This document shows, in pieces, positions 35,190 to 48,580 of a stretch of 64,000 bases of DNA. Numbering within the stretch: position 1 is the first letter of the stretch; each line of letters opens with the position of its first letter. Location: positions 8,432,001 to 8,496,000 of the forward strand of contig JBHGNT010000002.1 in assembly GCA_043228905.1 (NCBI GenBank), written 5' to 3'. Origin of the DNA: Azolla caroliniana (lineage: Eukaryota > Plantae > Polypodiophyta). A program made the position numbers and the translations under genes. The notes under the pieces are model-generated. The model was not told the DNA's origin, ran no database searches, and saw only the letters and a list, made by a program, of their open reading frames with translations.

Positions 35190-38100
35190 TTTTGCAAGCT
35201 AGATGCTACTCATATTGTCACACCAAATTGTGACTACACCATCTATATACTCACCCAAATCAACAAGCAATCTTCTAATCCATACTTCTTCAGAAGTAGT
35301 TATTGTAGCTCCTCTATATTCAACTTCAGTACTTGATAATGCAACAATAGCTTGTTTCTTGCTACTTCATGAAATAGTTGCACTTCACAATGTAAACATA
35401 TATCCACTTGTGGATCTTCTATTAGTTTGTCTTCCAACCCAATTAGCATCTGTATATCCTTCCAACTTTATGTCCAGATCAACCTAGTAAAACAATCCAT
35501 AGTTTTGAGTAGCTTTTTCATATCTCAAGATTCTTCTAATACAGTCCAAATGTGGCTTTGTTGGCTGTTGCATAAACTGGTTGACTAATCCAACAACATA
35601 ACACCATAGACATGTACATGTTTACATCTTCTATTTTGGCTCCCAAATTAGCCCTCAATTTGCAGTTCTTATCCAGTGGTACATCAATAGGTTTGCATCC
35701 AAGCATACCATACTTCTTTAACATAGTTTTTGCATACTGTTTTTGCAACATATATATGTACCACTTTAAGATCTAATCATCTCAATACCAAGAAAGTATC
35801 TCAACTCTCCCAAATCCTTCATATAAAATTGCATTTCCAGATTTTTCTTCAGCTTATTTATTTCGTCCATAGAATCACCTCCGATGATTAAATCATCTAC
35901 ATAAATCAAAATCACAACAATGCAATCATTTATCCTTTTTACATATAATGATGTATTAGCCTTTGACATTTTGAAAGCAATTTTTTTCAGAGATTCTGAA
36001 AGTTCCCTATGCCATGCTCTCGATGCTTGTTTCATTCCATAGAAAGACTTTTTCAGCTTACAAACATATTCTGGATGTTTCTTATCTTCAAATCCTGGTG
36101 GTTGACACATGTATACTTCCTCTTCCAAGCTACCATGTAAAAAAGCATTTTTACATCCATATGGTGCATAACCCATCTTTTGGCTACACTTACAGCAAGT
36201 AGTATCCTCAAGGTTGCCATTTTTGCAACCGGTACAAATGTTTCATCATAATCAATTCCTTGCATTTGTGCATATCCCTTTGCCACAAGTCTTGCTTTAT
36301 GTCTACTTACATTCCCATTGGAATCATGCTTTGTTTTGTAGACCCATTTGCAACCTACACCATTTTTTCCTTTTGGTAACTTTACTAAATCCCATGTTTT
36401 ATTTTCAGCCAATGCATCTATTTCTTCTTGCATTGCATTCACCCATTTCTTATCAAATTTTCCTTCATCAAAACTATTTGGATCAAGAATCTGTACCACT
36501 GTAGACATATATGCATAATGCATAGCCATGTATGTATCATAACCAAATCTTTAAACAATCTTTTTCTCTCTATCTAATCTTCTCAGTTTCTGATTTGTAT
36601 CTTTCATTACTTTTTCAATACTAGGGATTTTAGAGGCTCATATACCCAGCTCATCATCCAATGATGTATCTGAATCTACATCTTCCATGTTTATAGATCC
36701 TTTATCAAACATTTCATATTCTGGCATCTTTTGTTTTCCCTTTTTATCATCATATTTTGTTTTTATTGCATTCTTTCCACTCCAAGAATTTGATTTAGAT
36801 TTACTACTAGATTTTTCAGATGGTCCAGTACATTCTATTGATGTTGAACTTTGCTATCCAACATTGCTTTCATTTCCATGATTATCACTTCCATTTTCAG
36901 ATTTGTTCTTGTCTTCATTTTCATTTTCTTCATTAGTTTCTACATTTTCTTTTGAGTTGTACCAGCTGCCCAACTCATCAAATATTACATCAAGGCTCAC
37001 TACAATCTTTTTTGTCAATGGGTTATAACATCTATACCCTTTTTCCTCCTATGAATATCCAACAAGAACACATTTTTCAGCTTTTGGATCAAGCTTACTT
37101 CTTACTTCAGCAGGTACATGGACATAGGCAAGGCATCCAAACACTTTTAAGTGTCCTAAACTAGGTTTCCTTCCATAGAAGCATTCTTAAGGAGTTACTT
37201 CATGTATTCCAGATGTTATACATATATTTAGAATAAAGTTTGTTGTGTTTACAACTTCTGCCTAGTAATACAATGGCATATTTTTTTTTGTCATCAAGGC
37301 TCTTGCTATGTTCACCAAAGTTCTGTTTTTTCTTTCAGCCACTCCATTTTGTTGTGGAGTATATCTACATGTGAACTGTCTCCTTATTCCTTGATTGCAT
37401 AGAAAATTAGAAAATTCATTTGAGAAGTATTATTCTCCTCCATCAGATCTTAAACATTTTATTCTAGTTCTAGCCTGCTTTTCTACCATGCATTTAAACT
37501 TACGAAAGCAATCAAATACTTCACTTTTCTCTTTCATGAAGTAAACTCATGTTTTCCTTGAGCAATCATCAATAAATGGTACATAAAACCTACAACCACC
37601 AATTGATGCATTTTTTGTTGGTCCCCATACATCTGTATGTACAAATTTTTGATTATGGAGGTCGAAGCTTCAAGAGTGCACGACCTTGCCAACTACTAAG
37701 GCCGAGTAAATAGCAGCATCGGAGGCAGCGAAGGAAGCGATCTGGCTACACCGATTGACTGCCAACTTCTCGGCAATGAGTCGAATTAGCCGACCAACGC
37801 TGACCATCCACTACGACTCACAAAGCGCAATGCACCTCAGGCTAGGCACCAACTTCACCTTTGCCAACTAGGCTACATGCCGACTGACTTGTAATATAAA
37901 TTTAGATTAATTTTGCAATCTAGTTTTACGGGGGAGATAGCTCCAATCACTTGTACATGTAGAAAAGAGTAGTCCTTTTACGGGGAGCTTGTTTGCATAA
38001 AAGGCTGACTCCTTCCACTTTGTATCCTTACTAGTGTGAACACATCCAAATAGTTAGCTTAGTATATGAGCAATAACTTGACGGTGTAACTGTGGGTTCT

Positions 38101-38318
38101 TCTTGCATCTAGTATCTTGAATCTTGTAGAGAGAGAGTTACAGAATAACGAGAATCTGCATTGAAGCTCCATCTATGTGTCAACTTGTTGTTTCTTCTCA
38201 TTCTGCATATCTGTGTTGTTTGATGTTAACAAACCGACAAGTCCTCACCCGTTCTTTTGCACATATGTGGCTTTACTGGCCACTAGTACCCCCGAGAGAT
38301 TAGTTCGAGGGTTTTTGC

Positions 38319-38354
38319 TGTCATGATATGGCAAGATTCGAACCCATGACCTAG
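38319..38354 (+). mobile_element. Short fragment of the chromovirus LTR outer end, carrying an antisense B box
   Basis: tgtcatgatatggcaagattcgaacccatgacct matches the U3 terminus of element 48432-54157 with one substitution. Confidence 0.75.
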
Positions 38355-38487
38355 TATGAAACCCTAAGGTAGTTGACATGCACCTCCTCAAGACCACCAC
38401 ATCTCCCTAGAATCGGCCAAGTGATGGCTCAATAAAGAGTAAAGTGGCATAGGTAAGCTCAATAAAGGGAAGAGTGGTATACCCAAC

Positions 38488-41400
38488 TGTTAGAAATTGA
38501 CGCTTTCAAAAAACCTTCACCTCTCGGCCACAACCGAGGAAACACGAATCAATGCAGCAGAAAATCGAAAACACAGAGAGAGACTCGAATGCACAGGGTT
38601 TAGCGTGGAAAACCCTAGACGGGAAAAACCACGGGAGTGCAAGACTCCAACTATCACTATACGCAGGGAATGTACAATGGCGAGCTGCAGGGCGACAACC
38701 TTGAGCTCGCTGTCCTCGCCACAGGCGGCGGTATTACACAGAGGCGTCGACCTCTTCCTTTCTCTCTCTCTCTCTCACTCTCTCTCTCGGCTGCTCTCAC
38801 TTCGCTCCCTCTAAGTGGAAAACAGAAAAATGAGCAACAACAACAAAACTGTTTGCCCTAAGTCATATTTATACACATTTGACTTTCGGGCTATTTACAA
38901 AATATAGCCTCAAGGGGCCTTGGCAAACATATTCACAAATATGTCCCCGCATCCGGATCTCTCTCCGGGTACATTCGTCATCCGGCTCCGTAGCCGGGGT
39001 CTTCATCATCCGGATCCGGAACCGGGTATTCATCATCCGGCTCCGGAACCGGGTCTTCATTCCCGATTCCCGGACATCCGACCATCCCATCCGGAGGGAC
39101 CGTAATCCCAACAAACTCCCCCTTCACTTCGGCATGGGATGTCTTTCCAGTCCGACCCTCTTCCGGCACGCTTCCAGCTTGTCGGGTGTGAGCACTTTGG
39201 TCAACATATCTGACCCGTTCTCGTCAGTGTGGATCTTCGTCAGCACGAACTCCTGGTCTTCTATCCTTTCCCGGATCCAGTGATATCTACGCTGGATGTG
39301 CTTCGTCCGGGAGTGATAGGCCGCGTTCTTCGCAAGGTGGATGGCACTCTGACTGTCACAGTAGAGTCGGTACTCTTCCTGCCGGATACCGAGCTCTCTA
39401 ATGAAGTCCTTCATCCATATCATTTCCTTGCCGGCTTCAACAGCCGCCATGTACTCCGCCTCCGTGGTTAACAGTGCAACCGTCTTCTGCAGCCTCGACT
39501 GCCACGAAACAGCTCCCCCTGCATACGTCATCACATACCCTGATGTGGACCGGCTGGTATCTGCATCAGCTGACATATCCGAATCGGTAAAGCTGTCGAG
39601 TTCGGGCTTACCGGAGCCGAATCGGAGGCACACGTTTGCCGTGCCCTTCAAGTATCGGAGTATCCACTTGGCCGCGTTTCAGTGCTCTTTGCCGGGATTG
39701 CTCATGTACCGGCTCACCACTCCGACTGCATATCCTATGTCCGGTCTGGTACACACCATTGCGTACATCAAGCTTCCGACGGCAGAGGCATATGGTACTT
39801 TCATCATGTCCTCCTTCTCAGCCTTTGTCTTGGGGCTTTGCTTGCTGGACAACTTGCAGTTTGCCGGGAGGGTTGACCCGACCGGTCTTGCTTCCGACAT
39901 GTTGAACCGGTGAAGCACCTTTGTCACGTACTTCTCCTGTGACAGCCACAATTGCTTCTTCTTCCAGTCCCGGATGATGTGCATCCCTAGTATTTGCCTC
40001 GCCGGACCCAGGTCCTTCATTGAGAAGGTTCGGTGAAGCGCTTTCTTCAGCATCCGTATCTTGACCTGGTCCCGTCCGACGATCAACATGTCGTCCACGT
40101 ACAGGAGGAGTATTAGAAAGTCTCCTCCTTCGAACTTCTTCACAAACACGCAGTGATCGGACTGCGTTTTGTGGTACCCTTCGTCGGTCATGAAGGAGTC
40201 GAACTTCCGGTACCATTGCCGGGGAGCCTGCTTCAGTCCGTAAAGGCTCTTCTTCAACCGGCATACCAGGTGCTCCTTCCCTTTCTTCTCGAATCCTTCC
40301 GGTTGCTGCATGTAGATCTCTTCTTCGAGGTCACTGTGAAGGAATGCCGTCTTCACGTCCATTTGTTCTACCTCGAGGTCCATGCTTGCCACTATGCTCA
40401 GCACCGTCCGGATGGAGGTCATCTTCACTACCGGGGCAAATATCTCGTCGAAGTCGACGCCCTTCTTCTGCTGGAACCCCTTCACCATGATCCTGGCTTT
40501 GTATCTCGGGGGGTTTCCGGCATCTCCCGGTTTCAGCTTGAACACCCACTTGTTTCGAAGTGCCCGCTTTCCTTTCGGCAACTCCACAAGTTCATATGTG
40601 TGGTTCTCATGCAGGGAATCCATCTCCTCCTGCATGGCACTTAACCACCTGCGGCTATGGGTGTCAAGCTTTGCTTCTTCAAAACTCTCCGGCTCCCCCT
40701 CGTTGGTTAGCAGCACGTGCTCTGGTTCCGGAAATCTCCGGGGGGCCCTTCTCTCTCTTAGAGGATATCTCCGTTCCGGAGCTTCGGTAACCGGCTCCTC
40801 CGTTTCCTCTTCATCCGAATCCATTTCGGGATCGGGGCCGGTTCCGGTATCAGTTTTATCTTCCTCGGCCGGTTCTGTTTCTTCACCGTCTTCGGCCGGA
40901 TCCTCGAGTGCTAACCGGTCCCTTGCCGGTCGGGACTGCTCCTCGTAGAGTTGATCCTCACCGGTCGACTTGGAGCTCTTCATCTTCCTCTCCGATTCCC
41001 AGTCGGCGAGTGTTTTGTCCTCCATGAAGATGATATCACGACTCCGGAATATCTTTTTGTCGACCGGGTCCCATACTCGGTAGCCGAACTCGTCATCGCC
41101 GTAACCGAGGAATATGCATGGCCGGGTCTTTGGATCTAGCTTTCCTCTCCGGTCCTTTGCCACATGCACATATGCGAGACACCCGAACACCTTCAGATGC
41201 CGGTAGGATACTTCCCTACCGGTCCACACTCTCTGCGGCGTGTCTCCGTCCAAAGGTACTGAGGGTGATCTGTTTATCACGTATGTCGCCGTCGACATTG
41301 CCTCAGCCCAAAACCCCTTGGGTAATTTCGCATGCGCTAGCATGCTCCGGACCCTCTCCATTATGGTCCGGTTCATCCTCTCGGCCAGCCCGTTCAGTTC

Positions 41401-43827
41401 CGGCGTCTTCGGCACAGTAAACTCGAGCCGGATTCCCTTCGAGCGACAATACTCCTCGAACTGCCCCCGGTATTCCCCTCTGTTATCCGCTCGTATCGCT
41501 TTCAGCTTCTTGCCGGATTCCCTTTCCACTCTTGCGTGGAGTTCTTTGAAGACGCACAACACTTGGTCCTTTGTCTTCAACGGTGCCGTCCACAGCTTCC
41601 GGCTGTGGTCATCAATGAATGTCACGAAGTACTGGGCTCCTCCATGTGACTTCGTTTCTACTTGACACACGTCAGTGTGCACCAACTCCAATGGTGCGCT
41701 ACGTCTCGTCGGTGGTCTTGAGTGGAAGGAGGTTCGGTTCTGCTTACCGGCCAGGCAATCGGTGCACTTCTCCAGGTGCACATGCTTCACTGGAATAAGG
41801 TTGTCTTCTGCAAGCCTCTTCATCCCCTTCTCACTCATGTGGCACAGTCTCTTGTGCCACAGCTCACCGGCAGTGTTGGCTGCCACGTTCAACTCCTCCG
41901 GACACAACCAGGCATTCATAAGGTACAGTGTGTTGACTTTCCGGGCCCGAGCCACTATCAGGCTCCCCTTGCTGAACTTCATTACGCAGTTCCGGATGCT
42001 ACCTGTGTAGCCTTCATCGTCTAGCCTCCCGGCCGAAATCAGGTTCAATCGAACCTCCGGAACGTGTCGGACATCCTTCAGCAACATTTTGCATCCGGTC
42101 GAGGTTGTCAACCACACGTCTCCTATGCCGGCAATCCGGCACGTACCTTCATTTCCCATCCGAACACAGCCATGCTCACCGGCTGTGTAGGATGAGAAGT
42201 ATCTTCTTTCCGGGGTCAGGTGGAACGACGCTCCGGAATCGACCACCCAGGTAGTCTCATCGCCGGCAATGTTTAGTTCACCTTCTTCGGTGATGAGCAT
42301 GATCTCCTCTTCACTTGCCGCGAGTGCCGTCGTTCCTTTCCGGTCCTGCCCTCGCCGATCCGAACCATTCCGGTCCGTGGCTCCCCGGTAAGCACCGTTC
42401 CGTTCCGAAGACTTCTTCGAATCGGTGTCGTCGGCTCCGTTGTCTTTTCGGTAATGCCGACAATTCTTTCGGAAGTGCCCCGGCTTCCCACAGTGGAAGC
42501 ATGTGGGCCTTCCTCTTGACTGCGACCGGGTCCCCGACTTCTCCCGTCTTTGCGGACTCCGGTTCCGTTGTCTTCCCCGATCCGATTCGGTAAGCAGCAT
42601 CTTCGGATCGGAGGCCGGTTCTTTATCTCTCCGACGCGCTTCTTCGTTCAAAATGCTTGTCTTTACCGTTTGTAGGGACAAGTTATCTTCGGTGCAGGAG
42701 GTGCTGAGAGTCACCACCAAGTTCTCCCAGCTTTCCGGCAATGTACACATCAGCATGATGGCTTGCATTGCATCCTCCAACGGGAACTTGATCGCCGCAA
42801 GCTGGTTCACGAATCCCATGAACGTGCTTACGTGTTCCACCATACTCTCGCCGTCCCGGTACTTAAGGTTCACTATCTTCCTCATTAGGGAGGTCCGGTT
42901 CAACGCATTCTTCCTCTCGTAGAGGCCCGACAACTTTTGCCACATCTCATATGCGTTGGTGTCGTTCGCCACATGTTGTAGAACGCTCACGTCGACGTAT
43001 TGCCGAATGGTTGCAACGGCTTTCCGGTTCAGAAGCCTCCATTCCGTCTCAAGTACCCCCTTGGGTATTTCCGACCTGTCGATCGGTTCATACAGGTCCC
43101 GAACAATGAGCAGATCCTCCATCTTTATCTTCCAGTCGGCGTAGTTCTGCGCATTCAGCACCATCATCCCCGGCTGCCCACTGCTGCCGCCTTCCATTTT
43201 CTGCACTGCAGTCACTCTGATACCAGATTGTTAGAAATTGACGCTTTCAAAAAACCTTCACCTCTCGGCCACAACCGAGGAAACACGAATCAATGCAGCA
43301 GAAAATCGAAAACACAGAGAGAGACTCGAATGCACAGGGTTTAGCGTGGAAAACCCTAGACGGGAAAAACCACGGGAGTGCAAGACTCCAACTATCACTA
43401 TACGCAGGGAATGTACAATGGCGAGCTGTAGGGCGACGACCTTGAGCTCGCTGTCCTCGCCACAGGCGGCGGTATTACACAGAGGCGTCGACCTCTTCCT
43501 TTCTCTCTCTCTCTCTCACTCTCTCTCTCGGTTGCTCTCACTTCGCTCCCTCTAAGTGGAAAACAGAAAAATGAGCAACAACAACAAAACTGTTTGCCCT
43601 AAGTCATATTTATACACATATGACTTTCGGGCTATTTACAAAATATAGCCTCAAGGGGCCTTGGCAAACATATTCACAAATATGTCCCCGCATCCGGATC
43701 TCTCTCCGGGTACATTCGTCATCCGGCTCCGTAGCCGGGGTCTTCATCATCCGGCTCCGGAACCGGGTCTTCATTCCCGATTCCCGGACATCCGACCATC
43801 CCATCTGGAGGGACCGTAATCCCAACA
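38488..43827 (-). mobile_element. Full-length CCGG-rich Copia, near-intact
   Basis: LTRs 38488-39113 and 43229-43827 differ by one 27-bp repeat unit and a few SNPs; TSD CCAAC; PBS 43215-43225; PPT 39114-39127. Confidence 0.97.
39124..43197 (-). pseudogene. Copia gag-pol with one premature stop (TGG>TGA at 39679-39681)
   Basis: ORFs 39679..43215 and 39124..39651 are in the same frame; all domains present (CFHCGKPGHFRKNC, VVDSGASFH, VHTDVC, YVDD, FTDSD). Confidence 0.92.
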
Positions 43828-43832
43828 CCAAC

Positions 43833-44440
43833 ATCATACGCAAAAGGGCCATTAGGTGAGCGTGTGTGATTAGGGCAAATACGCTTGCCTCGATGCACAA
43901 AAATAGGTATTATTGTAAGAAATGGCTCAAGAGAGGGGAGAGTGGGAGATACATCACAATATGCAAAAGGGCCATGAGTTGAGCGTGTGCGATTAGTGCA
44001 AACACGCTTGACCCGATGCATAAGTAGATTAACATCATAGCATGATAGAAAGAAGAAGAAAAAGAAAAGAAAACGTAATACCACTTCCATATGACCAAGA
44101 AGAAAGCATCATAGAAAAGTAAAGAGAGATCGAGAAAGAAGAATACCGGGTTAAGAATGTTGTTTTGATCCTGTGAAGAGCAAGATGAGCCTTGTTAGAT
44201 CCCCATCACTCACATGCAAAAAACATCAAAAGAACAAAAAAAAAAAGTTAGTAAATGCTCTGATACCATTGTTAAGAGTCTATTACTAATCAATAGACCA
44301 AAGTAAAGTAAAAGAAGGAAAATAGATTGGATAGAAGAACCCGTTCCACCCGACCACCCTCGAGCTATGATCTAGACATAGCCAAAGGAAACTCTGAGAC
44401 TGAGGGGCAAGCCCTCTACAATAGTGTTGGAAGAGGTTGA
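43833..44440 (-). mobile_element. Remnant 5' end of an LTR element (PBS, partial LTR, non-coding leader with a ~120-bp duplication)
   Basis: tggtatcagagc at 44257-44268 next to tgttaag at 44270; the block gcaaaagggccat...gagcgtgtg occurs twice. Confidence 0.55.
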
Positions 44441-45740
44441 GGAAGAGGCAATGGAAGATTTGGTTCAACTAGAACCAACAACAATAGTTATCAAGGAAAA
44501 GGACAACAGGTCACAAGTGGAAGAAACAACATTAGAGGTAGGGGGAGCAATCGAGGCAGAGGTAAGCAAACTTATTTGAATGATGATGGTTGTTGGTATT
44601 GTGGAAAACCAGGCCATACAGAGGCTGAATGCTATAAAAAGCAAAATGATAAAAAAAGAGGGAAGAGACAGAAAAATAACTATGCTTCAACTAGTGAAGA
44701 ATGTGATAAAGATGGTGCATTTGTGGTGCAACATGAAACAACAACAATGGCTGAATGTTCACAGAGATGCAATGAAGAGTTTATGTGGTATGTAGATTCT
44801 AGGGCATCTAATCATATGATAGGACATGCAAACTGGTTTGAAAGTGTAAGAGAACTAGAGATTCCTGGTTATGTATAGACAGGTGATAATACTACTCACC
44901 AAATAGAGCATTTTGGAGATATCCCATTGTGGGAAGAAAAAGGAAAAACAAAATATATGTTGAATGTGATGCATGTGCCAAACCTTGCAAAAAATCTGAT
45001 TTCTGTTGGATAGATAGTGGAGCAAGGAATGCAAGTTAAGTTTAAGCAACGTGGATGCTTTATAGAGAAACAAGGAAAGCTTATTGCAAAAGGAAAACGT
45101 CAAGGAAGGATGTTTGTGTTAGATGTGAATATGCCTAAAAAGATTATAGCCATGTTTGCAGAAGGAATGAGTGTAATCTCAAATGTGGAAATGTGGTATA
45201 AAAGAATCGGTCACAATACTTGATGATGATGCCAAAATATGAAATACTTGATGATGGATCTAGAAACATGGAACATGTAGATTCAGATACATCATTGGAT
45301 GATGAACTTGGTATACGATGTCGTGTGAATCTTCACACACTATGTAAAAAAATAATGAAATAATAATTATAAATTAGATTAGTAGAGTACTATAGAAAGA
45401 TGGATATACTCAAGAGCTTCAAAACTTTTTTTACTATATACAAAATGGAGAAATACATATCAAGTTATGTGAAAATAAAGTTTGAGAAGATAGGAAAATT
45501 AGAACTATCCCACATAGATAGGAAAGTTAAGGCCCTGGCTATATAAGCACCTTGAGCTCCCTCATTCTTCATTTGTGCTAAGAGCACTTTGGCCACTTTG
45601 TCTTAATGGATGATGGTGGCCAAATTCCCTAAAACCGGAAATCGGTCGGTAAACAAATCCGGAAATTGGTCGGCAAGCAAACCCGGAACTGGAACCGGCA
45701 AGCAAAACTGGAATTGGCCGACAAGCAAAACCGGAACCGG

Positions 45741-46461
45741 TGTTGTGCCTTTAGGCGCCGGATCGTTGCGTGAGTCGGGTGGGAACCACTGTGGTTTTGG
45801 ACTAGGAGAAAGAAAAATACAAATAAGGCTAGTAAAGAATAGGTATAAAGAGTTATAAGATAAGAATCTCGTGAATCCCACGAGTTTAGTATATTTAGTC
45901 AATATTTAGGTAGTAAGAGAGAATTATTTTAGCAAATTCGTGAATCCCACGAATATTTTAGATTGATTGATCATTATAGAAAAATAATCAACAAAAACTA
46001 CAATGTGCTCCCCATCCTTATATAGTGATGGGAGAGACTAAGCATAGCTACATGCTTTTTTCTAATATGTTCATGCACACTAAATGTGCATGTGATGCTT
46101 TTCTAATCCTTGCTTTTATTTGCTAAATATAGTGTTCATGCACGCTAGATGTGCATGCGTCACTTTTTAGTTGCTTGCGTTTTTCTATAAAATATTCACG
46201 CACTCTAAAAATGCATGATTTACCTTTTAATAAAGGTAGGCGCAAATAAAGCACTTATAGTTATTAAATCTATTTGTAGAACACTAAAGATAAGGTAGCA
46301 TAATGGTAAAGTTGAGGTTTGGCTACGTGGAGGTATAGGGTTTGAATCTTGCCTTATGCACGTGATAAATATTTTGATATATTATTTATTTATTTATATG
46401 TATCTAAAATCGGATATATTATTTTATGGTTTTCACGTAGTGTGTGGAATACACTACGACA
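45741..46461 (-). mobile_element. Nested solo LTR with 4-bp TSD CCGG
   Basis: TG..CA ends (tgttgtg / tacgaca); CCGG at 45737-45740 and 46462-46465; interrupts the outer repeat array; TATA-like ctatataag on the minus strand at ~46017-46025. Confidence 0.75.
46290..46357 (+). promoter_or_regulatory. tRNA-derived A/B-box module in the nested solo LTR
   Basis: A box tagcataatgg 46296-46306; B box ggtttgaatc 46339-46348; acceptor-like stem ataagg/ccttat. Confidence 0.6.
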
Positions 46462-46860
46462 CCGGAACCGGCAAGCAAACCGGAAATCGGCCGGTATGCA
46501 AACCCGAAACCGGTCGGCAAGCAAAATCAGACCCGGAACCGGCAAGCAAATCGGAACCGGCCGGCAAGCAAACTGGAACCGGCTGGCAAGCAAAACCGGA
46601 AACCGACCGGTAAGCAAAACCGGAACCGGAAACCGGCCGGCAAGCAAAACTGGAACCGGAAACCGACCGGTAAGCAAAACCGGAACCGGAAACCGGCCGG
46701 CAAGCAAAACTGGAACCGGAAACCGGCCGGCAAGCAAAACCGGAAACCGGCCGGTAAGCAAAACCGGAACCGGAATCGGCCGGCAAGCAAAACCGGAACC
46801 GTAACCGGCAAGCAAAAAGGAACCGGTCGGCAAGGGATTCGGCGATCGGGCGGAACCGGC
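46462..46860 (+). repeat. CCGG-rich ~30-bp tandem repeat array
   Basis: Unit accggaaaccggccggcaagcaaaaccgga and variants; further copies at ~45630-45740. Confidence 0.92.
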
Positions 46861-48535
46861 TACTGGACGAGGTTGGACGCGGACGGATGGAAGATGGGAT
46901 CAAGCAACAAACTAAAGTAAAGTGAAGAGAACTAAAGTAAAGGCCATGTGGATGCAAGCAACTAAAGTTGGAGTGCATGCAAAAAGTAAAGGTCATGTGA
47001 ACGGTCACATGCAACTAAAAGAAAAAGCCATGCAACTAAAAATAGATGCAACTAAAAGAAAAAGCTAGGCAACTAAAAGTAGAGGCCATGCAACAAAAAG
47101 TGGAAAGGCTATGATCAAGGGAGAACTCTATATATATTCCATTTTTTTCCTTACACTCAGGCTCTCCATCTATTATATTATTTTTCTTTTCCTTCTTAGC
47201 TCCCTTATCTTAGGGAAGCCATAACTCTCATAATTCCTAATCTTCCCTACGGAAGCCATAACACTCAAAAACCCTAAAATTCCCTACGGAAGCTATAATA
47301 CTCATCTAACCATAATCTCTTATGAAAGCCAAGAACCCTAAATCTCTATGGAATCCATATCTTAGTTTCTTCTAATATATTATTCTAGCAATCTCCTTAA
47401 GATAAAACTTTTGTAATCTCAATCTTGAGATTGATTGTAATCTTTCTTTCCCTTTATTAATGAAATTTGTGAGTCTTTATCATTTTGTATTAATTGTTTA
47501 ATATAATCATACGAATCTGATATCTTCCGGTCGGAGGCCCCGGGGTCCTACCTCAATGTTCACGTATCCTCGTCGTATTTTCGCGACAACGACCCTCTAA
47601 AATCCCTGTAGAAGCCGAGGGTGGATCCGCGCAAGAGTCCGAAAGCGGACATAAGGGGAGCAGTCGAAAGAAAGAACCGAAGCCATCAATGGCGAGAAGA
47701 TCGAAGATGAGTTGGAGACAGCCAACTCGAATGAGAGCGAAAACCGATCAAAGGAAGTCGAGTCGGTTCGGATGTTTGATTCGGATACGCTGAATCAACC
47801 AAGGGCCAAGCGGAAGAGAAGGCAGCAAAAGAGGCGCCAACACCACAACAACAAGGAAGCTGAGAAGGGCCGTGTAAGCAGACAAGTGGACCAGAAGGGT
47901 CGAGGCGCGCGGAATCGAATGGGTCGAGAAGCGCGAGCGAGGCGCAAAGCCAGAAGGAACTAGAGCATAGATCCGGCGGATCAGGTGGAACCTGAAGTTG
48001 AGCTTGAGGGGGAGTGTTGAGAGGCAAGCTCAATATTCGTGCGTAATACGATGCGTAACCCAGTGCGTAGATTGGGTACGTAAATCGGTACGCATAACAT
48101 GGCCGTATCGGTGCGTAAACCGAAGAGGCCGTTAGAGCGTTATTCCTCGTAAGGGAATAATTTTGGGAGTTTGTGTAGTAGGCTCATTTATGAGCGGTCA
48201 AGGATTGAAAGTTTTTGTGTCAGCCCTATTGTCAGGGCTGGTATAAAAGGTGCTCACTGAGCACGGTGTATGTACAGATTGAGTATTATTTTGAATTGAG
48301 TTTTTCTGTGTGTTCTCTCTCTCTCTCTCTGTCTCTCCCGCGTATTGTGCATATTCAAGTTCTCCATTAAACTTGCGTATTTTCGGTGTTCGGTTTTCTA
48401 TTGCTTCCGCACATAATCTTTTACATGGTATTGTCATGAACAGTACTGAGACAGAGAAAGAATTAGTACTAAACGAAGGATTAGTACTATGAGAGGTGTG
48501 GAACTTCTTCGAGAGAAGGAAGAAGTGAGCGAGAC

Positions 48536-48580
<45 letters not shown>

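Larger units (their letters stand above)
28699..37645 (-). mobile_element. 5'-truncated AT-rich Copia (3' LTR 28699-29069) with a nested Copia in its RNase H
   Basis: LTR homologous to 61313-61700; PPT at 29070-29083; RNase H (TKHIEVPYHFVRE), RT and integrase fragments over 35190-37645. Confidence 0.9.
45319..47588 (+). mobile_element. Large solo LTR (~1.5 kb net) with a 4-bp TSD and CCGG-rich ~30-bp repeats
   Basis: TGTCG...CGACA termini; ACGA at 45315-45318 and 47589-47592; host Copia sequence is contiguous when it is removed. Confidence 0.85.

Noticed and set aside
39229-43144. Many antisense ORFs over Copia pol
   Set aside because: Expected in GC-rich coding DNA; no independent motifs.
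46349-47014. Several overlapping ORFs on both strands
   Set aside because: Artefacts of the ~30-bp CCGG repeat array.
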